Below, piece by piece: positions 50,936-60,532 of a DNA stretch of 64,000 bases. The position numbers and the translations under genes were made by a program. This DNA comes from Acidobacteriota bacterium. GTDB taxonomy: Bacteria > Acidobacteriota > UBA890 > WLXD01. Numbering within the stretch: position 1 is the first letter of the stretch; each line of letters opens with the position of its first letter. The stretch is from positions 224,001 to 288,000 of the forward strand of contig CBDBHB010000007.1 in assembly GCA_965205505.1 (NCBI GenBank), given 5' to 3'. The notes beneath the pieces are model-generated. The model was not told the DNA's origin, did no database searches, and was given only the letters and a program-made list of their open reading frames with translations.

Positions 50936-53554
50936 TTGGCGCCGGACCCACTGCCGCTGCCGATCCGAGCACTAGTGCGCCTGGCGGCTCGGCTCGTGCC
51001 GCGCGCGGTTCGCGCGGAGTTCGTCGACGAATGGAGCGGCGAATTGCACCACCAGCGTGGCGTCGCCGGACCCTCCACTCGTGCCCAACTCACCACCTTG
51101 CGCCGCTCCCTCGGCTGTGTGACCGACGCAGTTTGGATCCGCACCCATGGATGGAGCCCTGAGATGCTGCTGCAAGATCTTCGCTTCGCGCTTCGAACGC
51201 ACATGAAACGACCTGGATTCGCAGCGCTCGCTGTGATCACCCTGGCAGTCGGGATCAGCGCCAACACGGCGCTGTTCAGCGTCGTCAACGCGCTTCTGCT
51301 TGAACCGCTGCCCTATTCTGAGCCCGACCGGCTGCTACGTCTGTACGGCACGAATTCGGCTCGTGGGCTCACACATTCGAACATGAACCCGAACGATCTT
51401 CTCGACCTGCGCGAGCATTCCGAAACGATCGCGGCAGTGTCCTACTACGGCGGCTTCTCCGGGACGATGCAGGTTGACGGTGAGCCGATCCGAGTTATTG
51501 GCAGTACCGTGCACTCGAGTTTCTTCGAACTCTTCGACGTGCAGCCCGCGCTCGGACGATTCTTCACCGAGGAAGAGAACATCGAGGGCAACGGCACCGT
51601 GGTCGTGCTCAGCTACGCGAGCTGGCAGGGGCTATTCGGTGGTGATCCCGACATCGTCGGACGGCGTCTGAATTTCGACGAGCCGCACACAGTAATCGGC
51701 GTGGCCCCCGCCGACTTTGGCGATCCCTTCGGACCACGCGACATGTGGGCGCCGTGGGCCATCGCCCCAGAGAATCGGCACGGCCACTTCATGCGCGGCG
51801 TCGCCCGCATGGGTCCGGGCGTAACGCTGGAACGCGCGCAGGCGGAAATCGACGCCATCTACGCGGGGATCGCCGAGGAACACGACAAGCCGACGCGCGG
51901 CATCGCCGCGGTGCCGCTGCAGAACTCGATCGTGCAGGATACCCGTCCGTTGCTGATGCTGCTGTTCGGTGCGGTCGGCTTCTTGTTACTGATCGTGTGT
52001 GCCAACGTCGCCTGCCTCATGCTGGCCCGCGCGATAAACCGCCGGCAGGAGGTCGCGGTACGCATGGCGCTGGGCGCCGGTCGTGGCCGTCTCGTCCGTC
52101 AACTGGTCAGCGAGAGCCTGCTGCTGGCGACAGCCGCCGGCGCAGTCGGATTGGCGATGGCTCGCGCCCTCGTCGGATTCGTCGAGGCCTCGGCAACCTC
52201 CGAGCTGCCACAGGTGTTCAACGTCGGGCTCGACGCGCGAGTCGTCGGCTTCTGCCTGCTCACTACGCTTGGCGCTGGGCTACTGTTTGGCGTCGCTCCA
52301 GCGTTGCATGGCACCCGCGCCGACCTAGCGAACAGCCTGCGAGACCGCAGCACGGAAACAGGCGCCGGACGACGGCGTGGCCTGCGAGGCGCGCTGGTGA
52401 TCATGGAGGTAGCGCTGTCGCTGATGCTGCTCGTCGGCGCTGGCCTGATGCTCCGCAGCCTGGGTAACCTGATGTCGGTCGATCCTGGCTTCGACCCTCG
52501 CGGCGTGCTGACCTTCCGGATCTCCGTACCGGCCACCGAGTATCCGGAGACGGTGACCGTGCCAGTCTTCTACGAGCAGTTCATCGAACGGCTGGAGAGC
52601 CTGCCGGGTGTCGCCGCCGCGGGTGCGACGAACCGTCTGCCATTCAGCGGCTCCTTCTCCTGCGATATGTTCATGCTGGAGGGCTGGCCAGCACCCGAGG
52701 CGGGTCGCTGGGAGTGCGCCGAGGAGCGTGTGATCGCCGGCGACTACTTCCGCGTCATGGGCATCGACATAATCGACGGCCGAAGCCTAACGCCCGAAGA
52801 CGGCGCCGATGCGCAGAATGTGGTGCTCGTGAGCCAGACCATGGCAGATCGTTACATGCCGAACCGCCCCCTCGGCCGGGGCTTCACCTGGGGCAAGATC
52901 GACGACGACACTGTCTATCGGCGCGTGGTCGGTGTGATCGAGGACGTCAAGCACGTAGACTTCGCTAGCGACTCTATGACCGAAGTGTACATGCCGCACC
53001 GGCAGTATCCGTACTACCGCACGATGTTCATCGTGGTGCGCGGCGGCGACGCGACGGCAATGGTCGCGCCGGTGCGGGGTGCGCTCCGCGAGCACGACCC
53101 CAACATCCCGATCTACCAGGTTGCAGCGCTCTCGGATCTGGTCGACGCCAGCTTTTCCAAGGCTCGCACTGGCGCGCAGGTGCTGGCCGGTTTCGCGACG
53201 CTTGCGCTGGTGTTGGCCTGCGTGGGGTTGTACGGCGTGCTCGCGTACATGGTGTCGCAGCGGAAGCACGAATTCGGCATCCGCATGGCGCTCGGCGCCC
53301 GCGGCAAGGACGTGGTGTCGATGGTGCTCCGGCAAGCCGGGACCATGGTCAGCGTCGGCGTGGGGCTAGGTCTGCTCGGGGCATGGGCTCTCTCGGGAGC
53401 ACTCGGTAGCGTGCTCTTTGGCGTGGAATCGAACGATCCGGAGACCTACGCCTTCATCTCCCTCCTGCTGTTTGCTGTGGCGGGCGCGGCGGGCTACCTG
53501 CCGGCCCACCGGGCGACCCGCGTCGATCCGGTTCGTGCATTGCGCGAGGATTAG
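50936..53554 (+). CDS. ADOP family duplicated ABC/MacB-like permease
   Basis: LQDLRFALR, GISANTALFS, LLIVCANVA, RMALGAGR twice, RATRVDPV.ALR; no adjacent ATPase. Confidence 0.93.
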   Translation: MAPDPLPLPIRALVRLAARLVPRAVRAEFVDEWSGELHHQRGVAGPSTRAQLTTLRRSLGCVTDAVWIRTHGWSPEMLLQDLRFALRTHMKRPGFAALAVITLAVGISANTALFSVVNALLLEPLPYSEPDRLLRLYGTNSARGLTHSNMNPNDLLDLREHSETIAAVSYYGGFSGTMQVDGEPIRVIGSTVHSSFFELFDVQPALGRFFTEEENIEGNGTVVVLSYASWQGLFGGDPDIVGRRLNFDEPHTVIGVAPADFGDPFGPRDMWAPWAIAPENRHGHFMRGVARMGPGVTLERAQAEIDAIYAGIAEEHDKPTRGIAAVPLQNSIVQDTRPLLMLLFGAVGFLLLIVCANVACLMLARAINRRQEVAVRMALGAGRGRLVRQLVSESLLLATAAGAVGLAMARALVGFVEASATSELPQVFNVGLDARVVGFCLLTTLGAGLLFGVAPALHGTRADLANSLRDRSTETGAGRRRGLRGALVIMEVALSLMLLVGAGLMLRSLGNLMSVDPGFDPRGVLTFRISVPATEYPETVTVPVFYEQFIERLESLPGVAAAGATNRLPFSGSFSCDMFMLEGWPAPEAGRWECAEERVIAGDYFRVMGIDIIDGRSLTPEDGADAQNVVLVSQTMADRYMPNRPLGRGFTWGKIDDDTVYRRVVGVIEDVKHVDFASDSMTEVYMPHRQYPYYRTMFIVVRGGDATAMVAPVRGALREHDPNIPIYQVAALSDLVDASFSKARTGAQVLAGFATLALVLACVGLYGVLAYMVSQRKHEFGIRMALGARGKDVVSMVLRQAGTMVSVGVGLGLLGAWALSGALGSVLFGVESNDPETYAFISLLLFAVAGAAGYLPAHRATRVDPVRALRED

Positions 53555-54054
53555 TGTGTGCGCTGGGAGCCTGAGCGTCGCCATTGTCGCCGTCGCCACC
53601 GGGGAGTGCTGACGCCGTGACGATCATGACGATGGAATCTCCGCGAGCCGGCCCAGCCCCCTTCTGAACGCCCTATGCGAACTCTCTACGAACTTGGGAT
53701 GGCCGACGAGTAGAACGGATGCCTACGGGACGGGGCTCGGCGCGTCATCCGCGTCATGTCAGGGGAATGGAGGATCAGGTGAAATGAGCCACCCAACGGA
53801 GAGCGCCAGCGTACTCTTTCAAGAGGCAGGGGAACCGGTCAACAGAACTACGCTCCCAGTCCAATCGTCACATATAAGCCCCGCCTCCCCGCTGATTGGA
53901 CGCTGGGGATGGGGCGCTTTGGCGGTCCCCTCGTCCGCAAGGCTACGCAAAGGCCCAGTGTTCAGGTGCCTAGCCGGCTTCGCCCCGTAGTAGTACCGCG
54001 AAAGGGTCGACGAAACGCCGCCGCACCGAAGATGGTGAACATGACGCTCGCCCA

Positions 54055-56250
54055 TCACCCGGTCTCCGTCACCCGCAGGGAGAGCAGGCGCACCGCCTGT
54101 TGTTCCGCTGCCACATCGACGATCTTCAGCTCGACCAGGTATTGACCCGGATCCAGATCGGGCAACGGCAGCACACCCTCGTGGATACCCGGGTAGGCAA
54201 GCGGCAGGGCCGTTAGCGAAACCGTTGCGATGGGTGCGTTGACCCCCTCGCGACGAACCGTGAGCGCGACCTCCGGGCTGGCCGCACCACTGACCTGCAC
54301 GCTCGTGGCAAGCTGAAGGCCGGCACGAACGGCCGAGGTCACCAGCGGCCGGAGCATCCTGGCTTCGGTGTCCAGGGCAACGAGCATGGGATCGGCGACG
54401 AGCCAGCGATCCTGGCTAGGCGGCACCTCGACCTGCAGCCTGGCGGTGCCGATGCGATCGCCCACTTCCTCACCCACGAACATGCGCACGTCATAGACAC
54501 CCGGGTCCACCTGGAATTGCCTCACGTAGTTAAAGAATCGTGCCGGGTTCGCTGTGGACGGCGTTCCTTCCGCAGCCTCAGGTGCCACTGTCGTATGGAA
54601 CTCTCCGCGCAGCTCGCCGACACTACTGTAGGCGACGGCGTGCACCTGGAAGCGCGAGATGCCGAGTCGCTGAACCATCTGCTCGTCCATCCCCGATTCA
54701 GCGTCGCCGGTCCCGAAGGCGGGCGCCCAGCTGCCGCGGACCGTCTCCTCCTGTCCCGGCAAGCCGATGACCAGGAAGATGCTCGAAGAGCCGTCTGCGG
54801 TGAATCGATGGAGCGCTTGCGCCGGCACAGGTCGACCCGCCACGGACCCCGGAAACGACAGTGCGGCAGTGACCTCGCGCTTGATCCGTTCCAAAGCCGG
54901 CTGCTCCCGGTACCCCGGGCGCGCACGCACTTCGGCGGCCGGAACGTCGACCCGGACCTGGATCTCGTGGTACTCGCCGTCCTCGTGAGGTTCCGGCGGC
55001 TCATAGAAGATCATGTAGAACTGCGTCGAGTCGACGTACTGCTCCTGGAAGGCGCGGTCGAGATCGGCCCAGCCGATGAACGATCGGCCTCCCGTGCTAG
55101 CCGCTACCTCCGCCAGTGGAGCCGTCAACTGGGCATACGCCGGGCGTATGTTTCGCCGCAGCGCCCTGCCCACCTGGTTATCTCCGACCGCTGCCCGGGT
55201 GCCCAGCGAACCGAGCTCCGAGATCGGTCGAGGGTCGATGGTGTAGATGCTGACGTTGCCGCTGTTGGCGGCCTCGATCAGAGTGGCCATCAGTTCGAGC
55301 GCCCTCTGGTCGGGCGATGACCAGGTTGTGAGGGTCGAGCTGCCCATACCCGCGGCCACGACCTCCTGCACTGTCGCGGCAAAGGCGCCGAAGGGTCCGC
55401 TTTCGGTGATCATGACGCCCGACGAGATCCACACCAGGGCCGTCCGGCCCTCCATGACCGAGAGGGCATGGGTAAGCTCCGTGAGCTGACGCAACGTGTA
55501 CCCGAGACGCTGTCGCGCCAGCTCGCCATCCCTCTTCGCCTTTTGCTCCGCGGCCCGGACCACTTCGCGGACTTTGTTCGACGAACTCCCAGGGCCGTTC
55601 AGTACAGCGAGCGCGGCCTTCATCATGGGGTCGTACTCGCGGCCTATGCGATCGAAGATCGAGTCGCTCGACGGCCCGGCGTCGATCACCAGCTGAGCAG
55701 CGTTCCGCAACGTATCTCGATCGGTGGTCAACGGTGCCAGCTGGCGCAGCGCACCGCCGTCGCCGAGCATGAACACGCTGCGCGGGACCGCCAGATCCCC
55801 CTCTCCCTCGAACAGATCTCGGAACGCCTCCGCCAGCTGTGGATAACCAACCCGATCAAGGCTCGGCTGATCGACGAAGTAGACGATTGCTCCGAGGGTG
55901 GCAGCGCTCCACATATCGGGAGTCGGCCCACTCGAGCCACGAGAGCCGACGCTCGTGACCCGTCCACTCTCCACGCGGACCAGCTGAACGCCGGTAATCT
56001 CCTGCACGACCCCGTCTTCGAGCAGGCGGAAATCCTCTGCTGTCAGGTCGTCGATGAAGTTGTCGTCGCCGTCGGTGACCACCGTGTCGACGCGGACGCG
56101 GGTGACGGCGGAGCGGAACTGCGTCGGCTCCTGCAGCAACAGGTGCCGGGCCTCAGCATGCGAACCAACGACGGCGACGGTCGACAGGCAAAGACACGCC
56201 GCCGTCAGCGCGAGCGCCTTGAAACGCGCCGAAACCAAGACTTTATCCAT
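54055..56250 (-). CDS. VWA domain protein (acidobacterial VWFA-related)
   Basis: Signal peptide; FRSAVTRVRVD.VVTD, DLTAEDF.LLEDG, GRTALVWISSG, YTIDPR, TGGR, RARPGY. The ORF-track extension to 56745 is IS antisense. Confidence 0.85.
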   Translation of the reverse strand: MDKVLVSARFKALALTAACLCLSTVAVVGSHAEARHLLLQEPTQFRSAVTRVRVDTVVTDGDDNFIDDLTAEDFRLLEDGVVQEITGVQLVRVESGRVTSVGSRGSSGPTPDMWSAATLGAIVYFVDQPSLDRVGYPQLAEAFRDLFEGEGDLAVPRSVFMLGDGGALRQLAPLTTDRDTLRNAAQLVIDAGPSSDSIFDRIGREYDPMMKAALAVLNGPGSSSNKVREVVRAAEQKAKRDGELARQRLGYTLRQLTELTHALSVMEGRTALVWISSGVMITESGPFGAFAATVQEVVAAGMGSSTLTTWSSPDQRALELMATLIEAANSGNVSIYTIDPRPISELGSLGTRAAVGDNQVGRALRRNIRPAYAQLTAPLAEVAASTGGRSFIGWADLDRAFQEQYVDSTQFYMIFYEPPEPHEDGEYHEIQVRVDVPAAEVRARPGYREQPALERIKREVTAALSFPGSVAGRPVPAQALHRFTADGSSSIFLVIGLPGQEETVRGSWAPAFGTGDAESGMDEQMVQRLGISRFQVHAVAYSSVGELRGEFHTTVAPEAAEGTPSTANPARFFNYVRQFQVDPGVYDVRMFVGEEVGDRIGTARLQVEVPPSQDRWLVADPMLVALDTEARMLRPLVTSAVRAGLQLATSVQVSGAASPEVALTVRREGVNAPIATVSLTALPLAYPGIHEGVLPLPDLDPGQYLVELKIVDVAAEQQAVRLLSLRVTETG

Positions 56251-56427
56251 GATCGAAGAGTACTTTGCGAACGACCCATGACACAGTGCCCTGCGACGGA
56301 TATCTGGCCAACCGGCTGGGCGGCATCTAGATGAGATGAGAAGGCCAACCTCCTGAACGCAGTAGCCTGACGGCTCTGCAAACGTTTCTTCAAACGTAAC
56401 GGGCTCGAAGCCCAAGGAGGTTGGCCG

Positions 56428-57470
56428 ATGACAAGTGTAACGATTGGACTGGACGTAAGCGACCGGTACAGCCGTATGTGCGTGCTCGACAGTAAGGGCA
56501 GGGTGATGGAGGAAGGGCGGGTGAGGACGAGCCCGGAGGGGCTGGCGAGGCGGTTCGGGTGCGAGGAGCCCGCTCGAGTAGTGCTGGAGGTTGGAACGCA
56601 CTCGCCGTGGATGAGTGAGCAGTTGAAGCAACTGGGTCATGAGGTGCTGGTGGCTAACCCGAGGCGGCTGAAGCTGATCTATGGCGAGCACGGACCGACC
56701 GGTTGGATGCCGAGCACCTGGCACGAGTGGGCAGAATGGACCCAAAGCTGCTTAAGACGGTGCAGCATCGAGGCAGACAAGCGCGAGCGGATCTAGCCGT
56801 GATTCGGAGCCGAGATGCTCTGGTAAAGAGCCGCACGCAGTTGGTGAGCCATGTGCGTGGTGCGGTCAAGTCGGCCGGTTGTCGTATTCCCAGGTGCTCG
56901 ACGCCGGCGTTCGCGCGCACCGCGCCAGAGCACATACCGGAGCGGCTCAAGGGAGCGCTCGAGCCGGTGCTTGAAACGATCGCCATGCTGACGGGCAACA
57001 TCCAGCAATACGAGCGTCAGATCGTGCAGCTGTGCCAGGGGCGATACCCGGAGACACAGCAGCTCCAGCAAGTGGCCGGGGTCGGAGCTCTGACCGCACT
57101 GGCGTATGTGCTGACGCTCGAGGAGCCGGAACGGTTCAATACCTCCAGAGCCGTGGGCCCGTACCTGGGACTGAGACCGAAGAAACGGCAGTCGGGGGAC
57201 AAGGACCCTGCGCTACGAATAACCAAGGCGGGCGACAAAATGCTCCGACGCCTGTTGGTGGGCTCGGCGCATTACATCCTGGGCCCCTTCGGGCCCGATA
57301 CTGAGCTCAGACGCTGGGGGCTCAAGCTGGCCGGACGCGGTGGTCCTCATGGCAACAAAAAGGCAGCAGTTGCTGTCGCCCGTAAGCTCGCCGTTGTGCT
57401 GCACCGACTGTGGCTGAGTGGAGACGAGTACGAACCGTTGCGCGCACCTGTAGAGGTTTCAGCAGCATGA
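56428..57470 (+). pseudogene. IS110 DEDD recombinase/transposase, frameshifted near 56690
   Basis: IGLDVS, VVLEVG, TDRLDA across the shift, GVG, YLGL.P...QSG, AVARKLA. Confidence 0.9.
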
Positions 57471-57499
57471 ACTAACTCGCAACCAGGAGGTCGGTAGGG

Positions 57500-57700
57500 C
57501 GACGCGACCCAACGGTTATCGATCTGACCGCCCGGTCCGGGCGACTGCGAAGGTCACTACGAGCTTCGAGCTCGGCAGCTAGATTGCAGCGCCTCGAATC
57601 GGGACGGACCCCAGAATGCACCGGACGACCTGAATCCTCGTCCACCAGAGTGCGAATAGGAGCATGGCGTGCAGATCGATTCTTCGCTGGCCACCACATT
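57500..57700 (+). ncRNA. Predicted bridge/seek RNA of the IS1111 element
   Basis: Stem CTGCGA/TTGCAG enclosing an internal loop AGGTCACTAC / GGCAGCTAGA capped by GAGCT-TCG-AGCTC; loop strands match the flanking target. Ends approximate. Confidence 0.7.
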
Positions 57701-57766
57701 GCCCTTGACCGAACTAGGCCTTCTCATAGAAGTGGCCTGAGTCAGAGGTTCGTTGCATATTGCTGG

Positions 57767-57866
57767 GACGAGATGGGGGCAAGCTCAAGGCGCGGAGAGG
57801 AAGGCGATGCAGTGGGTATCGTCGACGAGGCGCAACGCCGATATCGCCCGCAACTGCCCATCTGTC
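57767..57866 (+). repeat. Degenerate MITE-like palindromic repeat
   Basis: Core caaggcgc..gaggaaggcgat..atcgtcgacgag..gcaacgccg resembles the 15407/16074 MITE core; imperfect IR gacgagatggg/cccatctgtc. Confidence 0.55.
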
Positions 57867-57873
57867 CGGAGGA

Positions 57874-57972
57874 TGGCGGCGAAATCGGCCCGTCTGCGGC
57901 GTTGCTCCTCCTCGAAGATGGGCAAACATCGTCTCGTCGTCGCGCCTGGCATCCGGACCCATTTCGCCACCA
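57874..57972 (-). repeat. MITE-like palindromic repeat, inverted copy
   Basis: IR tggcggcgaaatcggcc / gacccatttcgccacca; reverse core ccaggcgcgacgacgagacgatg..catcttcgaggaggagcaacgccgcag. Confidence 0.6.
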
Positions 57973-58063
57973 CGATACGCAACGATCATCTGTTACAGGC
58001 CACTAGTTCGGCCGACGATGCACCACTGCCATGTTCTCTGAGAAGGCGAAGGGACTCCTCGAC

Positions 58064-58158
58064 CTAGTCGGGTACCGGGTTCCATGGCGCTCCCCGAAGG
58101 GTGTCGGTTAGCGCGTGAAGCCTCCAGGCACAGGAAACGAGATCCAACATCAGGAGCC
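58064..58158 (-). repeat. Kinase promoter/leader module copy G (orphan)
   Basis: ggctcctgatgTTGGAT-N17-GAGGCTtcacgcgct..gcgccATGGAACCCGGTACCCGACTAG. Confidence 0.85.
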
Positions 58159-58812
58159 CGCCGCGTGGAGTGACTGCAGCGCCGTCGCGATGGCAACGTG
58201 ATATCCGGGGTCGATTGGCAGCTCCTGACGCAGCAAAACCTGGCGGTTCAGCGTGCCGCGCATCAAACCACGCTCGGAGTGCGAGTGCCCGGGTACGATC
58301 GCGTGGACGAGCTCGTGGACCACGACTCTGGCAAACGCCCGAGCTGTCGGGCGGTTGTACCGGGCGGCCGGCGGCCGGCCTGCTTGTTGATTTACATTCA
58401 ATACTCGAAGCACTCTCAGCGGGAAAACGATGACGTGCCTGCGAGGATGGGGCTCCGCTACGACGATGCCCATTGCCCGGCGCTTCACCCCCCATGCCGA
58501 CGGCGCTTTGCCGGAGAAGAGCACCAGAAACGATCCCGCGCCGTTCACCTGCCACTGATGATCTCCAGCCTCCGCGTGCACCTGCTCCTCGGGAGACCAT
58601 GTGGCGTCGATACCGGCGGCGCGAAGGATTGCCAGCGCATCATCGCCAATCGCGGCCAGGAAGTCGGGGCTGAAACCGAAGCGATCGGAAACCACGACAT
58701 GCACCCGCCAAGGCTCGTGAGTCCCTGGCGAAGGCGGCTCCACAGCGCCAAGGGCGGGGCCAGAGCAAGCGATTCGTAGTGCGACCAGCGCCAAGGGCGT
58801 AATGCGCCGCAA
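58150..58812 (-). CDS. Secreted putative zinc metalloprotease (HExxH)
   Basis: Signal-like N-terminus; VVVHELVHAIVPGHSHSERGLM metzincin-like motif. Confidence 0.65.
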   Translation of the reverse strand: MRRITPLALVALRIACSGPALGAVEPPSPGTHEPWRVHVVVSDRFGFSPDFLAAIGDDALAILRAAGIDATWSPEEQVHAEAGDHQWQVNGAGSFLVLFSGKAPSAWGVKRRAMGIVVAEPHPRRHVIVFPLRVLRVLNVNQQAGRPPAARYNRPTARAFARVVVHELVHAIVPGHSHSERGLMRGTLNRQVLLRQELPIDPGYHVAIATALQSLHAAGS

Positions 58813-59053
58813 ACCGATCCTGTCATCGGGGATACAGGAGGGGAGCTGGCAGCGTGGGCCGCTGCCGCGCAGTTTATAGATTGGCCGCGCGGCAGGCCAG
58901 TCTCACACCACCCGGACACGGCTGCGTGGCAGTCCGAGCGGGCTTCCTGCTGTCTTCAGGTCGAGGGTGCTTCCCGTGCGCTCAGGGTGCCCTGGACAAC
59001 TGCACCAGATGTTCCTGCGGCCCCTGCATCGCCACCAATGGGTCGAGACGCCC

Positions 59054-60469
59054 TTAGCCCTGCGGCTCGAGCCTTCGGACCACCCAATCCGAGGTCCAGT
59101 AGACCAGGAAGCACAGCACCAGCAGAATCACGGGGAAACCGGGCGACAGCACTTCCGTGTCCGCGCCACCCGAGGCGATGTTGCGGATGATCTCATAGAG
59201 CCACAGGCCGATGCCGGTGACCAGTGTCAGCGTACCAGGGATCTTACGTGCGTCTTCGTGGTATAGCGCCGCCCACAGCACGATGAATGACGGAAGCGTG
59301 GCGGCGTAACTGCCCTGTATGAGATCGAAGGCGCGCGTGCCCGAGAGCGCCACCCAGGCGCTGATCACGGCAATGACCACGACGGATATTCGGGTCAGGG
59401 TAATGAGGCTGATCCGGTCCTTGAGAATCGGGCCGACGACGTTGCGGGCGACGACGCTGGCTGGTGCCAGAAGCCCGCTGTCGACGCTGGACGTGACCGC
59501 GGCTGTGAGGGTCAACGCGAAGATAACCGAGAGGGTCGGCGAAAACAGCTGCTCGGCCAACGCCGGGATGACGCCCTGAACGACCGACTCGTCGAGAAGC
59601 AAGTTGCCGGCAAGTCCGAGGAGAACCGGGAATGCGCCGAAGAAGATGTACAGAACCCCGGCTGCGACGGTGGAGCGCGCGGCGGTCCTCGCGGACCGCG
59701 CCGCGAACATCCGTTGTGCGAGATCCTGCGTCGCGACGTTGGCGAACACGCCAATGAAGATCAGTCCGACCCACGTTTGCATCTCTTCCAACGAACCGGT
59801 GGGAACCCAAACGAGCAGTTCGGCGTCGAGCTGGTCGAACAGTGCGGCAGTACCGGACAACGGACCGTCACCCAGCTCCGCAAGAACACGGAACGTGAGG
59901 ATGACGATACCGATCAACAGCAGGCCCAGCTGCACGATGTCGGTCATCGCGACCGACCACAGGCCGCCGACCAACGTGTACAGGGTCAGCACCGTCGTGA
60001 TCAGGATGACGCCCGTCGAGATCGGCAGGTCGAAATAGACGTTGAGCACGCCAGCAAGCCCCAGCAGCTGGACCGCCACCCAACCGATGTAGCTGATCGA
60101 TACGAACGCCTGCAGCTTCTCCGCAATCGTACCGAATCGCGCGCCGATGACATCAGCAAGCGTGAGGAGCTTCGTTTCCCAAAGGCGCCGGGCAAAGACC
60201 CCGCCGGCCAAGATCAGGCAGAACCCGATGCCGATAGGCTCGAGAACCGTTATCTGGATTCCGTCGGTGCGTACCGTGTCTGCGGTGACGAGGATGGTCT
60301 CCGCGGCGTACCAGGTGGCCATTATCGTGGCCGTCGTCATGATGCCTGACAGGCCGCGGCCAGCGACGATGTAGTCCTCGCCCGTGTGGATTCGCTTGCT
60401 CGCCCACAACGAGATCCCCACCATCAAGGTGAAGAACACTACGAGGCCGATCCCTAGTGCCAGTTGCAT
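59054..60469 (-). CDS. Sodium:solute symporter (choline transporter-like clade possible)
   Basis: DYIVAGR, ATW, YTLVGGLWSVAMTD..Q, QDLAQRMFAA, SSVDS; many TM helices. Confidence 0.9.
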   Translation of the reverse strand: MQLALGIGLVVFFTLMVGISLWASKRIHTGEDYIVAGRGLSGIMTTATIMATWYAAETILVTADTVRTDGIQITVLEPIGIGFCLILAGGVFARRLWETKLLTLADVIGARFGTIAEKLQAFVSISYIGWVAVQLLGLAGVLNVYFDLPISTGVILITTVLTLYTLVGGLWSVAMTDIVQLGLLLIGIVILTFRVLAELGDGPLSGTAALFDQLDAELLVWVPTGSLEEMQTWVGLIFIGVFANVATQDLAQRMFAARSARTAARSTVAAGVLYIFFGAFPVLLGLAGNLLLDESVVQGVIPALAEQLFSPTLSVIFALTLTAAVTSSVDSGLLAPASVVARNVVGPILKDRISLITLTRISVVVIAVISAWVALSGTRAFDLIQGSYAATLPSFIVLWAALYHEDARKIPGTLTLVTGIGLWLYEIIRNIASGGADTEVLSPGFPVILLVLCFLVYWTSDWVVRRLEPQG

Positions 60470-60532
60470 CGCGACTCGGTTCTTTGTCCTTCTCAGATGT
60501 GTGACAACGTCGCCGGTTCGGAGATAGCCGAG

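Larger units (their letters stand above)
56329..57730 (+). mobile_element. IS110-family element, IS1111 group
   Basis: Sub-terminal IRs ATGAGAAGGCC (56336) / GGCCTTCTCAT (57717) at 7 and 3 nt from the ends; AGA at both junctions; TTGACC before IRr; long downstream non-coding region. Confidence 0.9.

Noticed and set aside
53600-54050. Possible small genes between ADOP and VWA genes
   Set aside because: Only short ORFs without recognisable motifs; probably remnants, so no call can be supported.
56251-56745. N-terminal extension of the 896-aa ORF 54055-56745
   Set aside because: It is largely antisense to the IS left end and transposase; the signal peptide starts at ATG 56250.
7949-58158. Integron attC cassette array or diversity-generating retroelement as explanation of the modules
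   Set aside because: No integron integrase, attC-type GTTRRRY palindromes, reverse transcriptase or A-specific TR/VR mismatch pattern seen; modules occur in mixed orientation.
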